A stretch of 64,000 nt of DNA from assembly GCA_033762915.1 (NCBI GenBank), contig JANRLD010000042.1:192001-256000 (forward strand), written 5' to 3'. The notes beneath the pieces were generated by a model. The model was not told the origin of the DNA. It worked only from the letters and a program-made list of their open reading frames with translations, and made no database searches. Both the position numbers and the translations under genes were made by a program. Positions 10,481 to 19,680 of this stretch are shown in pieces (within the stretch, counting starts at the first letter, position 1; each line of letters begins with the position of its first letter). Source of the stretch: Meiothermus sp. (GTDB lineage: Bacteria > Deinococcota > Deinococci > Deinococcales > Thermaceae).

Positions 10481-10972
10481 TTGAAGCTCACTGGACTCAA
10501 GCAAAGCCTACTGGCCCCCGAGCCTGCCGCTCTCGAGACCGTCTTGTTGCGGGTTGAGGCACTGGCCGCTGAGACGGTGGATGCGCGAGCAATTATTGCG
10601 GTCCCCATGACCTGCGCCGAGCGCCGCCGGGTGCGCCGCCGCCTGATCGCCGCCGACGGACAGGAGTTGGGTCTAGCCCTCCCCACCGGGACGGTGCTCG
10701 AGCCGGGCTCGGTACTGCACATAAGCCCGACCAAAGCCTACGTGGTGGAGGCTGCACCCGAAGAGGTGGTGGTCATCCAGATCGATTCCTGGGGTGATGC
10801 CGCCCGCGTCGCCCACGCCATCGGCAACCTGCACCGCGACATCGACCCCCAGCCCGACGGCCTGCTGGCCCTGTGGGACCCGCCGCTCGAGCTACTGCTG
10901 TTGCGCCTGGGGGCGGCCTTCGAGCGAGACCGGCGGCCCTTCCTGGGCCGCCCCAGTTGGGAGCACCCGTGA
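10481..10972 (+). CDS. ureE: Urease accessory protein UreE (start uncertain)
   Basis: RRVRRRL..DGQELGLALP and AHAIGNLH; operon position. Confidence 0.8.
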   Translation: MKLTGLKQSLLAPEPAALETVLLRVEALAAETVDARAIIAVPMTCAERRRVRRRLIAADGQELGLALPTGTVLEPGSVLHISPTKAYVVEAAPEEVVVIQIDSWGDAARVAHAIGNLHRDIDPQPDGLLALWDPPLELLLLRLGAAFERDRRPFLGRPSWEHP

Positions 10973-11622
10973 GCCCGACCTCGAGCCTGCTGCGGCTGTT
11001 CCAGCTCTGTGACAGCGCCTTCCCGACCGGGGCCTACGCCTTCTCCGACGGCCTGGAGACCTACACCCAGGCCGGCCTGGTGGCCACCCCGGCCCAGCTC
11101 TATGAGATCCTGGCCGCGCAACTCGCCCACGGCTGGGGCACCCTGGACCTTCCGGCCTGCGCGCTGGCCTGGTCGGCCTACCCCGAGTCGGGGCGGCTCC
11201 TGGAGCTCGACGAGCACCTCAGTGCCCTGAAGGTCGTGGAGGGCGTGCGGGGCTCGAGCCTGCGTGTGGGGGCCACGCTGGCCCGGACCGCCCGGGCCCT
11301 TTGGCCCGAGCTGGGCGGGCTGCCCTGCCACCAGGCCGCAGTGTTCGGGGCGGTAGCCCGGGCCCTGGAGGTCCCTCGGCGCGAGGCCGTCGCAGGGCTG
11401 GCCTCGAGCTGGCTAACCTCCAAGGTCACCGCCTCGACCCGGCTGTTCCGCCTGGGCGGCCTCGAGGCCCAGCAGGTCCTGGCCGGCCTCCACCCGCTGG
11501 CCGCCGCGGCCGTCGAGCAGGCCCTGGCCGCCAGCCTCGACGACCTGTGCAGCTTCACCCCCGCCCTCGACCTGGCTGCCCGGCGCCAGTCCGAACTTTC
11601 CCTGAGGTTGTTTCAGTCATGA
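10969..11622 (+). CDS. ureF: Urease accessory protein UreF
   Basis: [18 protein letters not shown] and C-terminal RLFQS. The GTG overlaps the ureE stop. Confidence 0.92.
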   Translation: MSPTSSLLRLFQLCDSAFPTGAYAFSDGLETYTQAGLVATPAQLYEILAAQLAHGWGTLDLPACALAWSAYPESGRLLELDEHLSALKVVEGVRGSSLRVGATLARTARALWPELGGLPCHQAAVFGAVARALEVPRREAVAGLASSWLTSKVTASTRLFRLGGLEAQQVLAGLHPLAAAAVEQALAASLDDLCSFTPALDLAARRQSELSLRLFQS

Positions 11623-12278
11623 CTACGCCCGCGAACAGACCCGTAAAAATCGGCGTCGGCGGCCCGGTTGGCTCGGGCAAGACCGCGCTGCTGGAGCAGC
11701 TGTGCTACCGGCTGCGCGACCGCTACAACCTGGCCGCCATCACCAACGACATCTACACCTACGAGGACCAGCAGATCCTGACCCGGGCGGGGGCCCTCGA
11801 GCCGGGCCGCATCGTGGGGGTGCAGACCGGCGGCTGCCCCCACACCGCCATCCGCGAGGACGCCAGCCTGAACCTCGAGGCGGTCCACGACCTCGAGCGC
11901 AAGTACCCCGGCCTCGAGCTGATTTTCGTGGAGTCGGGTGGCGACAATCTGGCCAGCAGCTTCAGCCCCGAGCTGGTCGATGCCTGGGTCTTTGTGATCG
12001 ACATCGCCGGCGGCGAGAAGGTGCCGCGCAAGGGCGGCCCCGGCATCATGCACTCCGACCTCCTGGTGATTAATAAGCTTGACCTGGCCCCGCTGGTCGG
12101 GGCCAGCCTGGAGGTGATGGACGCCGACGCCCGCCGCATGCGCCCGGGCCGTCCCTACGTCTTCTCCAACCTTAAGGACGGCACCGGCCTGGACCGGATC
12201 ATCGGCTGGCTGCGGCGCGAGGTGCTGCTGGAGGAGCTGCCCCCCGTGGCCTGGGGCCTGCCGCGGACCCCGGCATGA
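11619..12278 (+). CDS. ureG: Urease accessory GTPase UreG
   Basis: [30 protein letters not shown] and NKLD. Confidence 0.96.
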   Translation: MTTPANRPVKIGVGGPVGSGKTALLEQLCYRLRDRYNLAAITNDIYTYEDQQILTRAGALEPGRIVGVQTGGCPHTAIREDASLNLEAVHDLERKYPGLELIFVESGGDNLASSFSPELVDAWVFVIDIAGGEKVPRKGGPGIMHSDLLVINKLDLAPLVGASLEVMDADARRMRPGRPYVFSNLKDGTGLDRIIGWLRREVLLEELPPVAWGLPRTPA

Positions 12279-13072
12279 GCGCCGCCTTCGCCCGCACCCA
12301 GCGGGGCCTGCTCGAGCTGACCTTCGATGCCCCAGGCGGCCGCACCCGCCTGGCCCGCGACCGCCAGCAGGGCCCGCTCAAGGTGGTGCGCCCCTTCGAG
12401 ACCGACGACGGCGGGCTGCTGCTCTACGTGATCAACCCCACGGCCGGGGTGCTGGGCGGCGACCGCTTCGAGCTGCGCCTGGAACTGGGCCCGGGGGCCA
12501 GGGTGGTGCTGCTGAGCCAGAGCGCCCAGAAGGTTCACCGCATGCACCCCGGGGAGCATGCCGTCCAGCGCCTCGAGGCCCGACTCGCCGCCGGCTCGCG
12601 CCTGGAACTCTACCCCGAGCGGGTGATCCCTTTCGCGGCCTCGAGCTTCGCCCAGGACAGCCGCTTTCTGCTGGAGCCGGGGGCCCAGCTGGGCCTGCTG
12701 GAGTCGTTCGCCAGCGGGCGGGTTGCGCACGGCGAGCACTGGTCGTTCGAGCGTCTAGCCGGCCGGACCGAGGTGCGGCTGGGTGACCGACTGATCTACC
12801 TCGACCGCTTCGACCTGCGGCCGAGCGGTCACGGCCTGGGGCACCTGGGGCTGATGGAGGACGGGCGCTACTGGGCCAGCGGGCTGTTCGTGGGCGAAGG
12901 GGCCCCAGCGCCCCCGCCGCTGTCCCTTCCCTGGGGCCGGACGGCCTCGGGCCACCTCTGGCTGCGCGGCCTCGAGCGGTCCGGTCTGGCCCTAGAAGCT
13001 GCCATGCGGCACAGCGTGGACCAGCTGCGGGGGGCCTTCTTCGGCCTGGGGCCCCTGACGGTTCGGCGCTGA
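12275..13072 (+). CDS. ureD: Urease accessory protein UreD
   Basis: [25 protein letters not shown] and SGRVAHGE. Confidence 0.9.
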   Translation: MSAAFARTQRGLLELTFDAPGGRTRLARDRQQGPLKVVRPFETDDGGLLLYVINPTAGVLGGDRFELRLELGPGARVVLLSQSAQKVHRMHPGEHAVQRLEARLAAGSRLELYPERVIPFAASSFAQDSRFLLEPGAQLGLLESFASGRVAHGEHWSFERLAGRTEVRLGDRLIYLDRFDLRPSGHGLGHLGLMEDGRYWASGLFVGEGAPAPPPLSLPWGRTASGHLWLRGLERSGLALEAAMRHSVDQLRGAFFGLGPLTVRR

Positions 13073-13133
13073 GGGGCGCGGCGACCTGCTCGGTCTGAAG
13101 GAGAGTGTTGCCGACCTGGCAAGACGCAGCCCA

Positions 13134-13241
13134 TACAGCGGTTCCCACCATTACGCCTCACGCGGTGATGCGCTGAAGCGGGCGTAATGTACCCCGCACA
13201 TCCGAGTCTCTGCGTGCGTGGTATTCGTGGGAACCGCTGTA
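13134..13241. repeat. Palindromic MITE/REPIN-like element, copy B
   Basis: Perfect 15-bp terminal inverted repeats TACAGCGGTTCCCAC / GTGGGAACCGCTGTA with internal hairpins. Confidence 0.8.
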
Positions 13242-13323
13242 GGACAAAGCACAGACCCGCCAGTACATCGTGCGGCAGGCCTCGAGGGCCTTTCGTGCTT
13301 GGGGCGTCCACCCCGGCATAACT

Positions 13324-13443
13324 TACAGCGATTCCCACGAACACTCGGTACGGCGGTTTTCGCCGTACCGAGTGCAATACTCCTCTCTAGCGCACGCTTT
13401 AGTGCAGTACCGTGGGCGGAGTATGGAGGGGAAACGCAATCAG
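13324..13443. repeat. Palindromic MITE/REPIN-like element, copy C
   Basis: TACAGCGATTCCCACGAA...GGGAAACGCAATCAG termini and the internal hairpin CACTCGGTACGGCG-GTTTT-CGCCGTACCGAGTG. Confidence 0.7.
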
Positions 13444-15215
13444 AAGCGCCCTGCGCACCAGGCAGTCGAGGCCATCCAGCCCCCCGCGTTGGTGGACCAG
13501 TGGGCAGCGCTGAACCTCGAGCCCGACGATGCGCGGACGGTGAGGACGTTGCCCCCAAAGTACTCCCAGACCGCCGCGATGTCGGTGCGGCCGTCGCCGT
13601 TGAAATCGGCGGGTATCCACTTCACATCGGCGGGTATCCCACCGTCGCGGGTGGCCCAGGCCATGCGGGGGGCGAACGACGTCTTGAGCGAGAGGTAGAC
13701 GTTGATGGAGTTGAGCCCCAGGTCGTTCCACACCTCGGCCAGGTCGGCCTGGCCGTCGCCGTCGAAGTCGCCGGCCAGGAAGCTCGAGGCGCTGAACCAG
13801 TAGTTGGCGTCAACCCGCCAGTGGGTGTGGGTAAAGCTGCTGCCAGCGGAGCGGCGTACCGTGAGCGTGGTACGCCCGTTGTTGTTCCAGGCCGCCGCGA
13901 TGTCGGTGCGGCCGTCGCCGTCGAAGTCGCCGGGAACCCACTTCACGCTGTCGCCCCAGCCGCCGTCGCGGCGGCTCCACTGCACCGGGGGCCTGAAACC
14001 GCTGCCAGTGGACAGGTAGACCGCGATCGATACCAGCCCGCCGTCGTTCCAGATTCCGGCCAGGTCGGTGCGGCCGTCGCCGTCAAAGTCGCCGGGGAGC
14101 CAGGCCGTGCTGGCCATCCAGCCGCCGCCGTTGAGCAGCCAGTGGGCCTGGGCGAAAGTGGAGCCCCGGGCCAGCCGTACGGTCAGGGTGTTGTTGCCGC
14201 TGTTGTTCCAGACCGCCCCTATGTCGCTGCGGCCGTCGCCGTCGAAGTCGCCCGAGGCCCACTTCACGCTGTCGCTCCAGCCGCCGTTGCGCACCAGGCG
14301 CTGCTGGTGGTAGGCAAAGGCGCTGCCCGTCGAGGGGTAGACGGCAAAGGAGGCCAGCCCGCCGTCGTTCCAGGCGGCCGCCAGCGAGGCCATGGGCCTG
14401 AGCGGGCTCGAGACACAGGCATTGACGGGCGGGCGGTTGGCCCGCCGCACGCCGTAGGCCTGCTGCACGCCGGCGATGTCGAGGTCGGTGAGTCGGCCGG
14501 TCGAGTTGCCGTCGCTGTTGCAGTAGTTCATCACCGAGTCGCGGTCGTAGGCGGTGAAGGGGACCGGGCTGGCGCTGGAGTCTACACTGTCGGTGCAGTT
14601 CCCTTTGTTATCGGCATGATCCTGCTCGTGGCCGAAGCCCAGCACGTGCCCGAACTCGTGCACCGCGATGTACTCGACCCGGCCCCGGTCAGCCGAGCCG
14701 TCGGGGTTGAAGCTGAGGTTGACCCTGGCCCCCTCGGCCGCTGTGCTGAGTGCCGCGGTCCCTACCACCGCGCTGCCGCCCGCCCCGAGGTTTTCGGTGC
14801 CCTGCGGCGAGATGCGCACGCGCACGTGCTTGGCCGATCCGGAGGTCGGGCAGTCGCCCCAGCCGCTGAAGCGGATTTTGGCCCAGAATTGCCAGCTCCC
14901 CTCTACCGCCGCCTGCACAAGCCCTTTCTCGCGGTTGTATTCTGCTGTTTCCCAGCAGACCGGGACGGTGTTGCCCTGGCTGGTCCACAGCCCCACGCCC
15001 TTCTCGGTGATGAGCTGGCTTTGCACCTGCCCCGTGGCTGGCTCGCCCCTGAGCGTGTTGGCTGCTTCGGCTTCGCCCGGGTGACCCATCTGGGAGCCGC
15101 AGGCAGCCAGTGATGCCGCCAGCAGCACCCCAATGCCAGCACGCCCGATACGACCCAGTTGCCCAAACTTGCCCTCGCCGAACTTGCTGTTGGCCTGCAC
15201 TTGACTTTTGCTCAT
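13440..15215 (-). CDS. Lipoprotein with a metzincin-like zinc protease domain and C-terminal FG-GAP/VCBS repeats
   Basis: Lipobox LAAC, HEFGHVLGFGHEQ zinc motif, SVMNY Met-turn and five GDFDGDGRxD-type repeats. Confidence 0.8.
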   Translation of the reverse strand: MSKSQVQANSKFGEGKFGQLGRIGRAGIGVLLAASLAACGSQMGHPGEAEAANTLRGEPATGQVQSQLITEKGVGLWTSQGNTVPVCWETAEYNREKGLVQAAVEGSWQFWAKIRFSGWGDCPTSGSAKHVRVRISPQGTENLGAGGSAVVGTAALSTAAEGARVNLSFNPDGSADRGRVEYIAVHEFGHVLGFGHEQDHADNKGNCTDSVDSSASPVPFTAYDRDSVMNYCNSDGNSTGRLTDLDIAGVQQAYGVRRANRPPVNACVSSPLRPMASLAAAWNDGGLASFAVYPSTGSAFAYHQQRLVRNGGWSDSVKWASGDFDGDGRSDIGAVWNNSGNNTLTVRLARGSTFAQAHWLLNGGGWMASTAWLPGDFDGDGRTDLAGIWNDGGLVSIAVYLSTGSGFRPPVQWSRRDGGWGDSVKWVPGDFDGDGRTDIAAAWNNNGRTTLTVRRSAGSSFTHTHWRVDANYWFSASSFLAGDFDGDGQADLAEVWNDLGLNSINVYLSLKTSFAPRMAWATRDGGIPADVKWIPADFNGDGRTDIAAVWEYFGGNVLTVRASSGSRFSAAHWSTNAGGWMASTAWCAGRF

Positions 15216-15541
15216 CTCCGCCTCCTGGAGACAAGCTTGCGGTCGGTCCGGTAAGACCCTGGTAAAGTTTTGGGCGGGTTTCGCCTATGGGTCGGTTTCG
15301 GCACTATGACGGCTGGAGATAGCCCGCGTGGACACTTTCCAGGAGGTCCTCGAGGGCCTTCCATACCCGTGGCGGGGGCCTGGAGATCGGCCGGCGATGA
15401 AGGATTTGGGACTGCCGTGGGACTACCTCAGGGATTTTGCCGACGTCTCTTAAGATCATTCATAGGGGGTGAGATCCAACAGCCCTGAGAGTCGGGCATT
15501 CTGGGTCGTGATATGGTTGCTATCTTCTGCCTTTAAGCGAC

Positions 15542-15571
15542 AGAATCCCCGCTGTTTTGGGCGGGGATTCT
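15542..15571 (-). terminator. Hairpin terminator, probably the original tRNA-Thr terminator left outside the island
   Basis: AGAATCCCCGC-N8-GCGGGGATTCT, 24 bp beyond the displaced tRNA 3' end. Confidence 0.6.
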
Positions 15572-15595
15572 CGTCAGCTTGGACAACCTTATTCT

Positions 15596-15640
15596 TGGAG
15601 CCGGTGACGGGATTTGAACCTGCGACCTACTGATTACGAA
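15596..15640 (-). repeat. att site: displaced 3' 45 bp of tRNA-Thr
   Basis: Identical to 32079-32123 (TGGAGCCGGTGACGGGATTTGAACCTGCGACCTACTGATTACGAA). Identity ends just past the anticodon. Confidence 0.95.
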
Positions 15641-15757
15641 GAGTCTAGGTGCTTCCACGGCCTTCCGCTTCACTCCACGAAATCCCTTACCAGACGTTAT
15701 TCCTCAGAATGTACTTCCTCTGAGACCCACGGCTTTTCACGGCATTTCTTGAGCTAT

Positions 15758-15778
15758 TTAGGGTAGAAATTAGGGTAA
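15758..15778 (+). repeat. Candidate integrase arm-type binding sites (left)
   Basis: TTAGGGTAGAAATTAGGGTAA, 20/21 identical to 31989-32009. Confidence 0.65.
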
Positions 15779-15834
15779 ACTCCATTTTGATTTTGCTGTC
15801 TAGGACGGCTCTATAGAGAAAATTGCGCCTTGCC

Positions 15835-17001
15835 TTATCCATCGTTCAAGCTTAGATGGTGTTTCTTGTAGTTCTTGTGGCGGGTGTCCTTCGGGAACCT
15901 GCCCTCCTTCCTATCGTCGCGGTGCTTCTTGCGGCAATCGACCGAGCAATACTCTGGTGGGCGGCCGGCCTTGCCCTTGCGCGTCGCGGCGACCGCGTTA
16001 GGGCAGCCTGGGCGCTTGCATTTGGCTGTCACTGAAGTCTGGAACTCCTGTAGCAGCTCGAAGTATGCCCAAGCTTCGCTCGAGCCCTGGAAGGCGAGAC
16101 GTGTGCCGGGAAACCCGCCCGCCCAAGCCTGCTTGAGCTTGAGTGCCGGAACTAAGATCGAGGCTGATCGGTGCTCCAGAAACCTCTGCTGGCAGATGCT
16201 GGCCAGAATCTCGCGGAGCCCGGTCTTCTCGGCCCGTGGCAGCGAGGCTAAGCTGTCCTGAATCTCCTCAATGTCTTGGCCCGCGACCATAAACTCTTGC
16301 TGGATGTAGTGGGGGAACTCCTCCGAACGGAAGAATTCAACCTCGCGCTCTTTGGTGAGCTGGAGAATCTCGGACCAAATGCCGATGCGCCGTGCCGACT
16401 GAAGCCAGTCGAGGGCGCTGTCCTGATTGCCCATCGGGTCTAGTAGACCGATCCGTTCGGCCGTACCCTGTATCGCATTTAGCACTGCTTGGGCGCGGGG
16501 GGCTTCTCTCCTACAGGTTTCCATCGTCCTGAGCACCTGACTCGCTATCTGAGGGTCGGGGTTGTCGGTGTAGCTGATCCGCAGAAGCCTGGTTTGCTCC
16601 TGCTGTTCCTTCAGGATGTCCCAAAGCCTGTGAAACTCCCGATGTATGCGCACCGAACCCGGAGTGCTGTCTGGCTCGAAGGTGTCTTCTCGAGCAAGTC
16701 GGGGGTAGGAGAGACCTCGATACGACAGGCGCGTATTCCAGCGCTGATCGTCGGCCTCGGTCCAGCAAGGTGTCGGGATAGTTAGGGGCGGAGGAACGTC
16801 GTCGGGATTTGTGAAATCGGCAATGCGCCCTTCTGGGTTGAGCATTCGACGTTCTTTGAATTCGTAGGCAGGGAATCCACGAGTCCAATCAAAAGGCTGA
16901 ATCGAGGCGGGCTCAAGCGCCCACTTGAGCGATGGCGTGATCGGTACGTAGATCAGACGGGCCATGCCGAGCGGCAACTGCGTCTCGAAATTTGCCCCCA
17001 T
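15835..17001 (-). CDS. Hypothetical protein with a C-terminal CGNR-like zinc finger
   Basis: Long ORF; CKRPGC...GRPPEYCSVDCRKKHR followed by a basic tail. Divergent from the xis-like gene; start uncertain. Confidence 0.6.
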   Translation of the reverse strand: MGANFETQLPLGMARLIYVPITPSLKWALEPASIQPFDWTRGFPAYEFKERRMLNPEGRIADFTNPDDVPPPLTIPTPCWTEADDQRWNTRLSYRGLSYPRLAREDTFEPDSTPGSVRIHREFHRLWDILKEQQEQTRLLRISYTDNPDPQIASQVLRTMETCRREAPRAQAVLNAIQGTAERIGLLDPMGNQDSALDWLQSARRIGIWSEILQLTKEREVEFFRSEEFPHYIQQEFMVAGQDIEEIQDSLASLPRAEKTGLREILASICQQRFLEHRSASILVPALKLKQAWAGGFPGTRLAFQGSSEAWAYFELLQEFQTSVTAKCKRPGCPNAVAATRKGKAGRPPEYCSVDCRKKHRDDRKEGRFPKDTRHKNYKKHHLSLNDG

Positions 17002-17082
17002 AAAACCCCCAAAAATATACCCTTTTATACCGTGGAGCGGCAAGACAAACTAAGAATCGCTACGTAGCCTGGAGGTTAGAAG

Positions 17083-17319
17083 GTGAAAGACGAGATTCAG
17101 ATAAAACCGATCCTCTCGGGGTGGGAAGCCTGGAAACTGACGCAGGGCGGCATTGGTCAGAACTTGTTCTACAAGATGCTCAGCAGGGGAGAGATTCCCG
17201 GCGCGTTCAACATCGGGCAGGGGAACAAGCCCATTTGGAGGGTCAAAACCAAGCCCTTTTTGGCGTGGTTGAACGGCGAGACCGACAGCCAAAACAAGAC
17301 CCCCCACGGGGCCGCGTGA
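17083..17319 (+). CDS. Excisionase/AlpA-like small HTH protein
   Basis: 78 aa, GGAGG RBS; FYKMLSRGEIPG...WRV...LAWL pattern; first gene of the replication module. Confidence 0.65.
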   Translation: MKDEIQIKPILSGWEAWKLTQGGIGQNLFYKMLSRGEIPGAFNIGQGNKPIWRVKTKPFLAWLNGETDSQNKTPHGAA

Positions 17320-17329
17320 GGGGTGATGG

Positions 17330-18328
17330 ATGAGCGTACTACACAGCAATCTTAGCACAAGGGAGGCTGCGCTGTTCTACGCTTCTCTGGGGCTCCCGGT
17401 GTTGCCCCTGAAGGGCAAGCAGCCCGCCTCGAGGTTCGCCCCTAATGGCAAAGACAGCGCAAGCCTTGACTACGAAACCATCTCTATGTGGTTCGCCCAT
17501 AGCAAGCACAACCTTGGGGCAGTCCCGCCCATGTGGGTGCTGGTGATTGACGTGGATGATCCCGAAGCCCTGCCCGAATTGTTGAGGCTCTACCCCGAAC
17601 TCGAGACCGCCCCCCACGCCCTCACGGGCGGCGGGGGGTCTCACTTCTGGACCCGGCTGCCTGAGGGGGTGAGCCTCGCCGCCACGGTGCGGGCGCTGCC
17701 CTCGGTTGACCTCCGGGGCCTGGGCAAGACCTATCTGGTCATGCCGCCCTCGACGCACCCGCAGACGGGCCGCCCCTACGAGTGGGTCCAGCCGCTGGTC
17801 TCGCTTGAGGCCCTGCCCCTGGCCCCTCAGAGCCTCCTGGAGCGCCTCACGCCTGCCCCGAGGCCCACACAGCCTTACACCCCCGGCACGGCCCCACAAG
17901 CCGCCCAGAGTCGCCTAGAGGGGCTGCTGACGTGGGCCTGTGACAAGGTGGCCAGCGCCCCCGAGGGAACCCGCCACGACACGCTGCTGCGGCACTCGAG
18001 GCTGGTGGGCGGCTGGGTCGGTGCCGTTCAAGGCTTGAACGAGGGGGAGGCCCTTGAGCGGCTCATCGCGGCCGGGATTGCGGCGGGTTTGCCCCGGAGC
18101 GAGGCTGTACAGACCGCCCGGGACGGCCTGGCCGACGGCATCAAGTCGCCCCTGCCTCTGCCCGAGTCCGATTCCGACCTTGGCCCCTCTTGGGGATTCG
18201 GTGCAAACTCCATTGCATCAAAAGAAGAAGTGTCTAGGACGAAGCAAAGCGATTGGGTGCAGCAGAAACCGGATAGTAAGGGGTGGGGAGCCGAGTCGCC
18301 TTGGACGACCCGCAAAGGGGGTTGGTGA
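17330..18328 (+). CDS. Bifunctional DNA primase/polymerase (Prim-Pol) with PriCT-like C-terminal domain
   Basis: AALFYASLGLPVLPL..K.P, VIDVDD, TGGGGSHFW, DLRG..YLVMPPSTHP.TGRPYEW and EGTRHDTL. Confidence 0.85.
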   Translation: MSVLHSNLSTREAALFYASLGLPVLPLKGKQPASRFAPNGKDSASLDYETISMWFAHSKHNLGAVPPMWVLVIDVDDPEALPELLRLYPELETAPHALTGGGGSHFWTRLPEGVSLAATVRALPSVDLRGLGKTYLVMPPSTHPQTGRPYEWVQPLVSLEALPLAPQSLLERLTPAPRPTQPYTPGTAPQAAQSRLEGLLTWACDKVASAPEGTRHDTLLRHSRLVGGWVGAVQGLNEGEALERLIAAGIAAGLPRSEAVQTARDGLADGIKSPLPLPESDSDLGPSWGFGANSIASKEEVSRTKQSDWVQQKPDSKGWGAESPWTTRKGGW

Positions 18329-19317
18329 TGCCGATGAGCAAACTCGAGTTGCCCCCTGAGCCGCCGATTGTTTCCTTTGTGGTGGACGGGCTGATACCTC
18401 GAGGCCATGCCAGTCTGCTCTATGCCCCTGCGGGGGTGGGCAAGACCCGGCTGCTGGCCTACCTAGCGGTACAGCTAACCAGACCTAATGGAGGAATGTT
18501 TGGACACTACAAGACGGCTCATGGTTGGGTGCTGATTTTGGACGCAGACGACCCTAGCGGTACTGGCTTTGCCCAGTGGGTCAATCGCTTTTTGAAAGGC
18601 TGCCGAGACGCACAGCGCAGCCTGCTTGACCACCGGGCGGTGAGTGGGGGTCTGTTGCCTCATGACATTGACAAACTGGCTGTGGAGCTTGAGCAAAACC
18701 CGCCCACCCTAATCATCTTGGACAGCTTTGCGGCGGCGTTTATCGGGGTGGATAGCATAAAGGCGCATAAGGTACAAGAGCCGCTTACCAAACTGGTAGA
18801 GCTTGCGGTGAACATCGGGGCCGGGATCGTCATAACCGACCATGTGGGCAAACTGGCCCCTAAGCAGACCGTGGCTGAAAAGGGCGCGATGGGCACCGCT
18901 CAGAAGATGGCCGCCCCCCGCGCCGCCTTCGCGCTGGACAAGCTGCCTGCGGATGAATGCAATGAGCGGGACGTGTTAAGGCTGGTCTGTACCAAACAAA
19001 GCTACGCCCCGGTGCCGCCCCCAATGGGGCTGGAGGTCGTGCTCGAGGGTGACATAGCACGGATTACTCCCTTTGACTTGCCCAACAGTGAGCGGGCCGA
19101 TGAAAGAGCCGCCCGTGTTGGAACCGAACTGCTCTCTACCGTAGGGTCAAAAGGTATCGCTCGAGGCGATTTGTTGAAAGCAATGGAGGCAAAAGCTGGT
19201 GTAGGCTCGCGCACCGCTGCCAACGCCCTAAAGTTGATTGAATCGCGTTTGGGGAACAGACTCAAGATCGAGCGCCTTGGTGGGCGCGGAAACCCGCTGC
19301 TCTATCGTCTGGAATAG
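18328..19317 (+). CDS. AAA family ATPase, RepA/DnaB-like helicase with C-terminal wHTH
   Basis: VVDGLIP, Walker A APAGVGKT, Walker B LIILDS and DHVGK; coupled to the primase stop. Confidence 0.82.
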   Translation: MPMSKLELPPEPPIVSFVVDGLIPRGHASLLYAPAGVGKTRLLAYLAVQLTRPNGGMFGHYKTAHGWVLILDADDPSGTGFAQWVNRFLKGCRDAQRSLLDHRAVSGGLLPHDIDKLAVELEQNPPTLIILDSFAAAFIGVDSIKAHKVQEPLTKLVELAVNIGAGIVITDHVGKLAPKQTVAEKGAMGTAQKMAAPRAAFALDKLPADECNERDVLRLVCTKQSYAPVPPPMGLEVVLEGDIARITPFDLPNSERADERAARVGTELLSTVGSKGIARGDLLKAMEAKAGVGSRTAANALKLIESRLGNRLKIERLGGRGNPLLYRLE

Positions 19318-19680
19318 GGTGCATCAAATCAAGAAAACACGTCGGAGACGAAAAGCGATTTAGTGCAAGGGGTATTGCATCAAGTCGGGGACGCTGCACC
19401 GGAGGCCAGAATCAAGGGCTAACAAGGTAGAGGGGAAGTTATGAGCTGACAGGCACAGGGGCTTTCTGGTCCGAAAGGTCAAGGAGGCCCCTGTTCGGCC
19501 TTAAGGGGATCGGGTCAAGGTGAGTGCGCCGTCTACCTCGAGGCAATGGTTGCAACAACTTACACACTAAAAAAGGAGCTGGAACGAGTTGGAAGCCAAA
19601 AAAACGTGGACCAAGTTGGACGCGAAAAAAGGCGGGCGTGCTGCCAGGGCACCGTACCCAGCCCCGAGGAGGTTTCATCC

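Noticed and set aside
15596..15640. Second tRNA gene
   Set aside because: Only the 3' 45 nt are present, with no D-arm or 5' acceptor strand. It is the att duplicate.
15758..15778. Telomere-like TTAGGG repeats
   Set aside because: There are only two units at 12-bp period at each island end, better explained as integrase arm sites.
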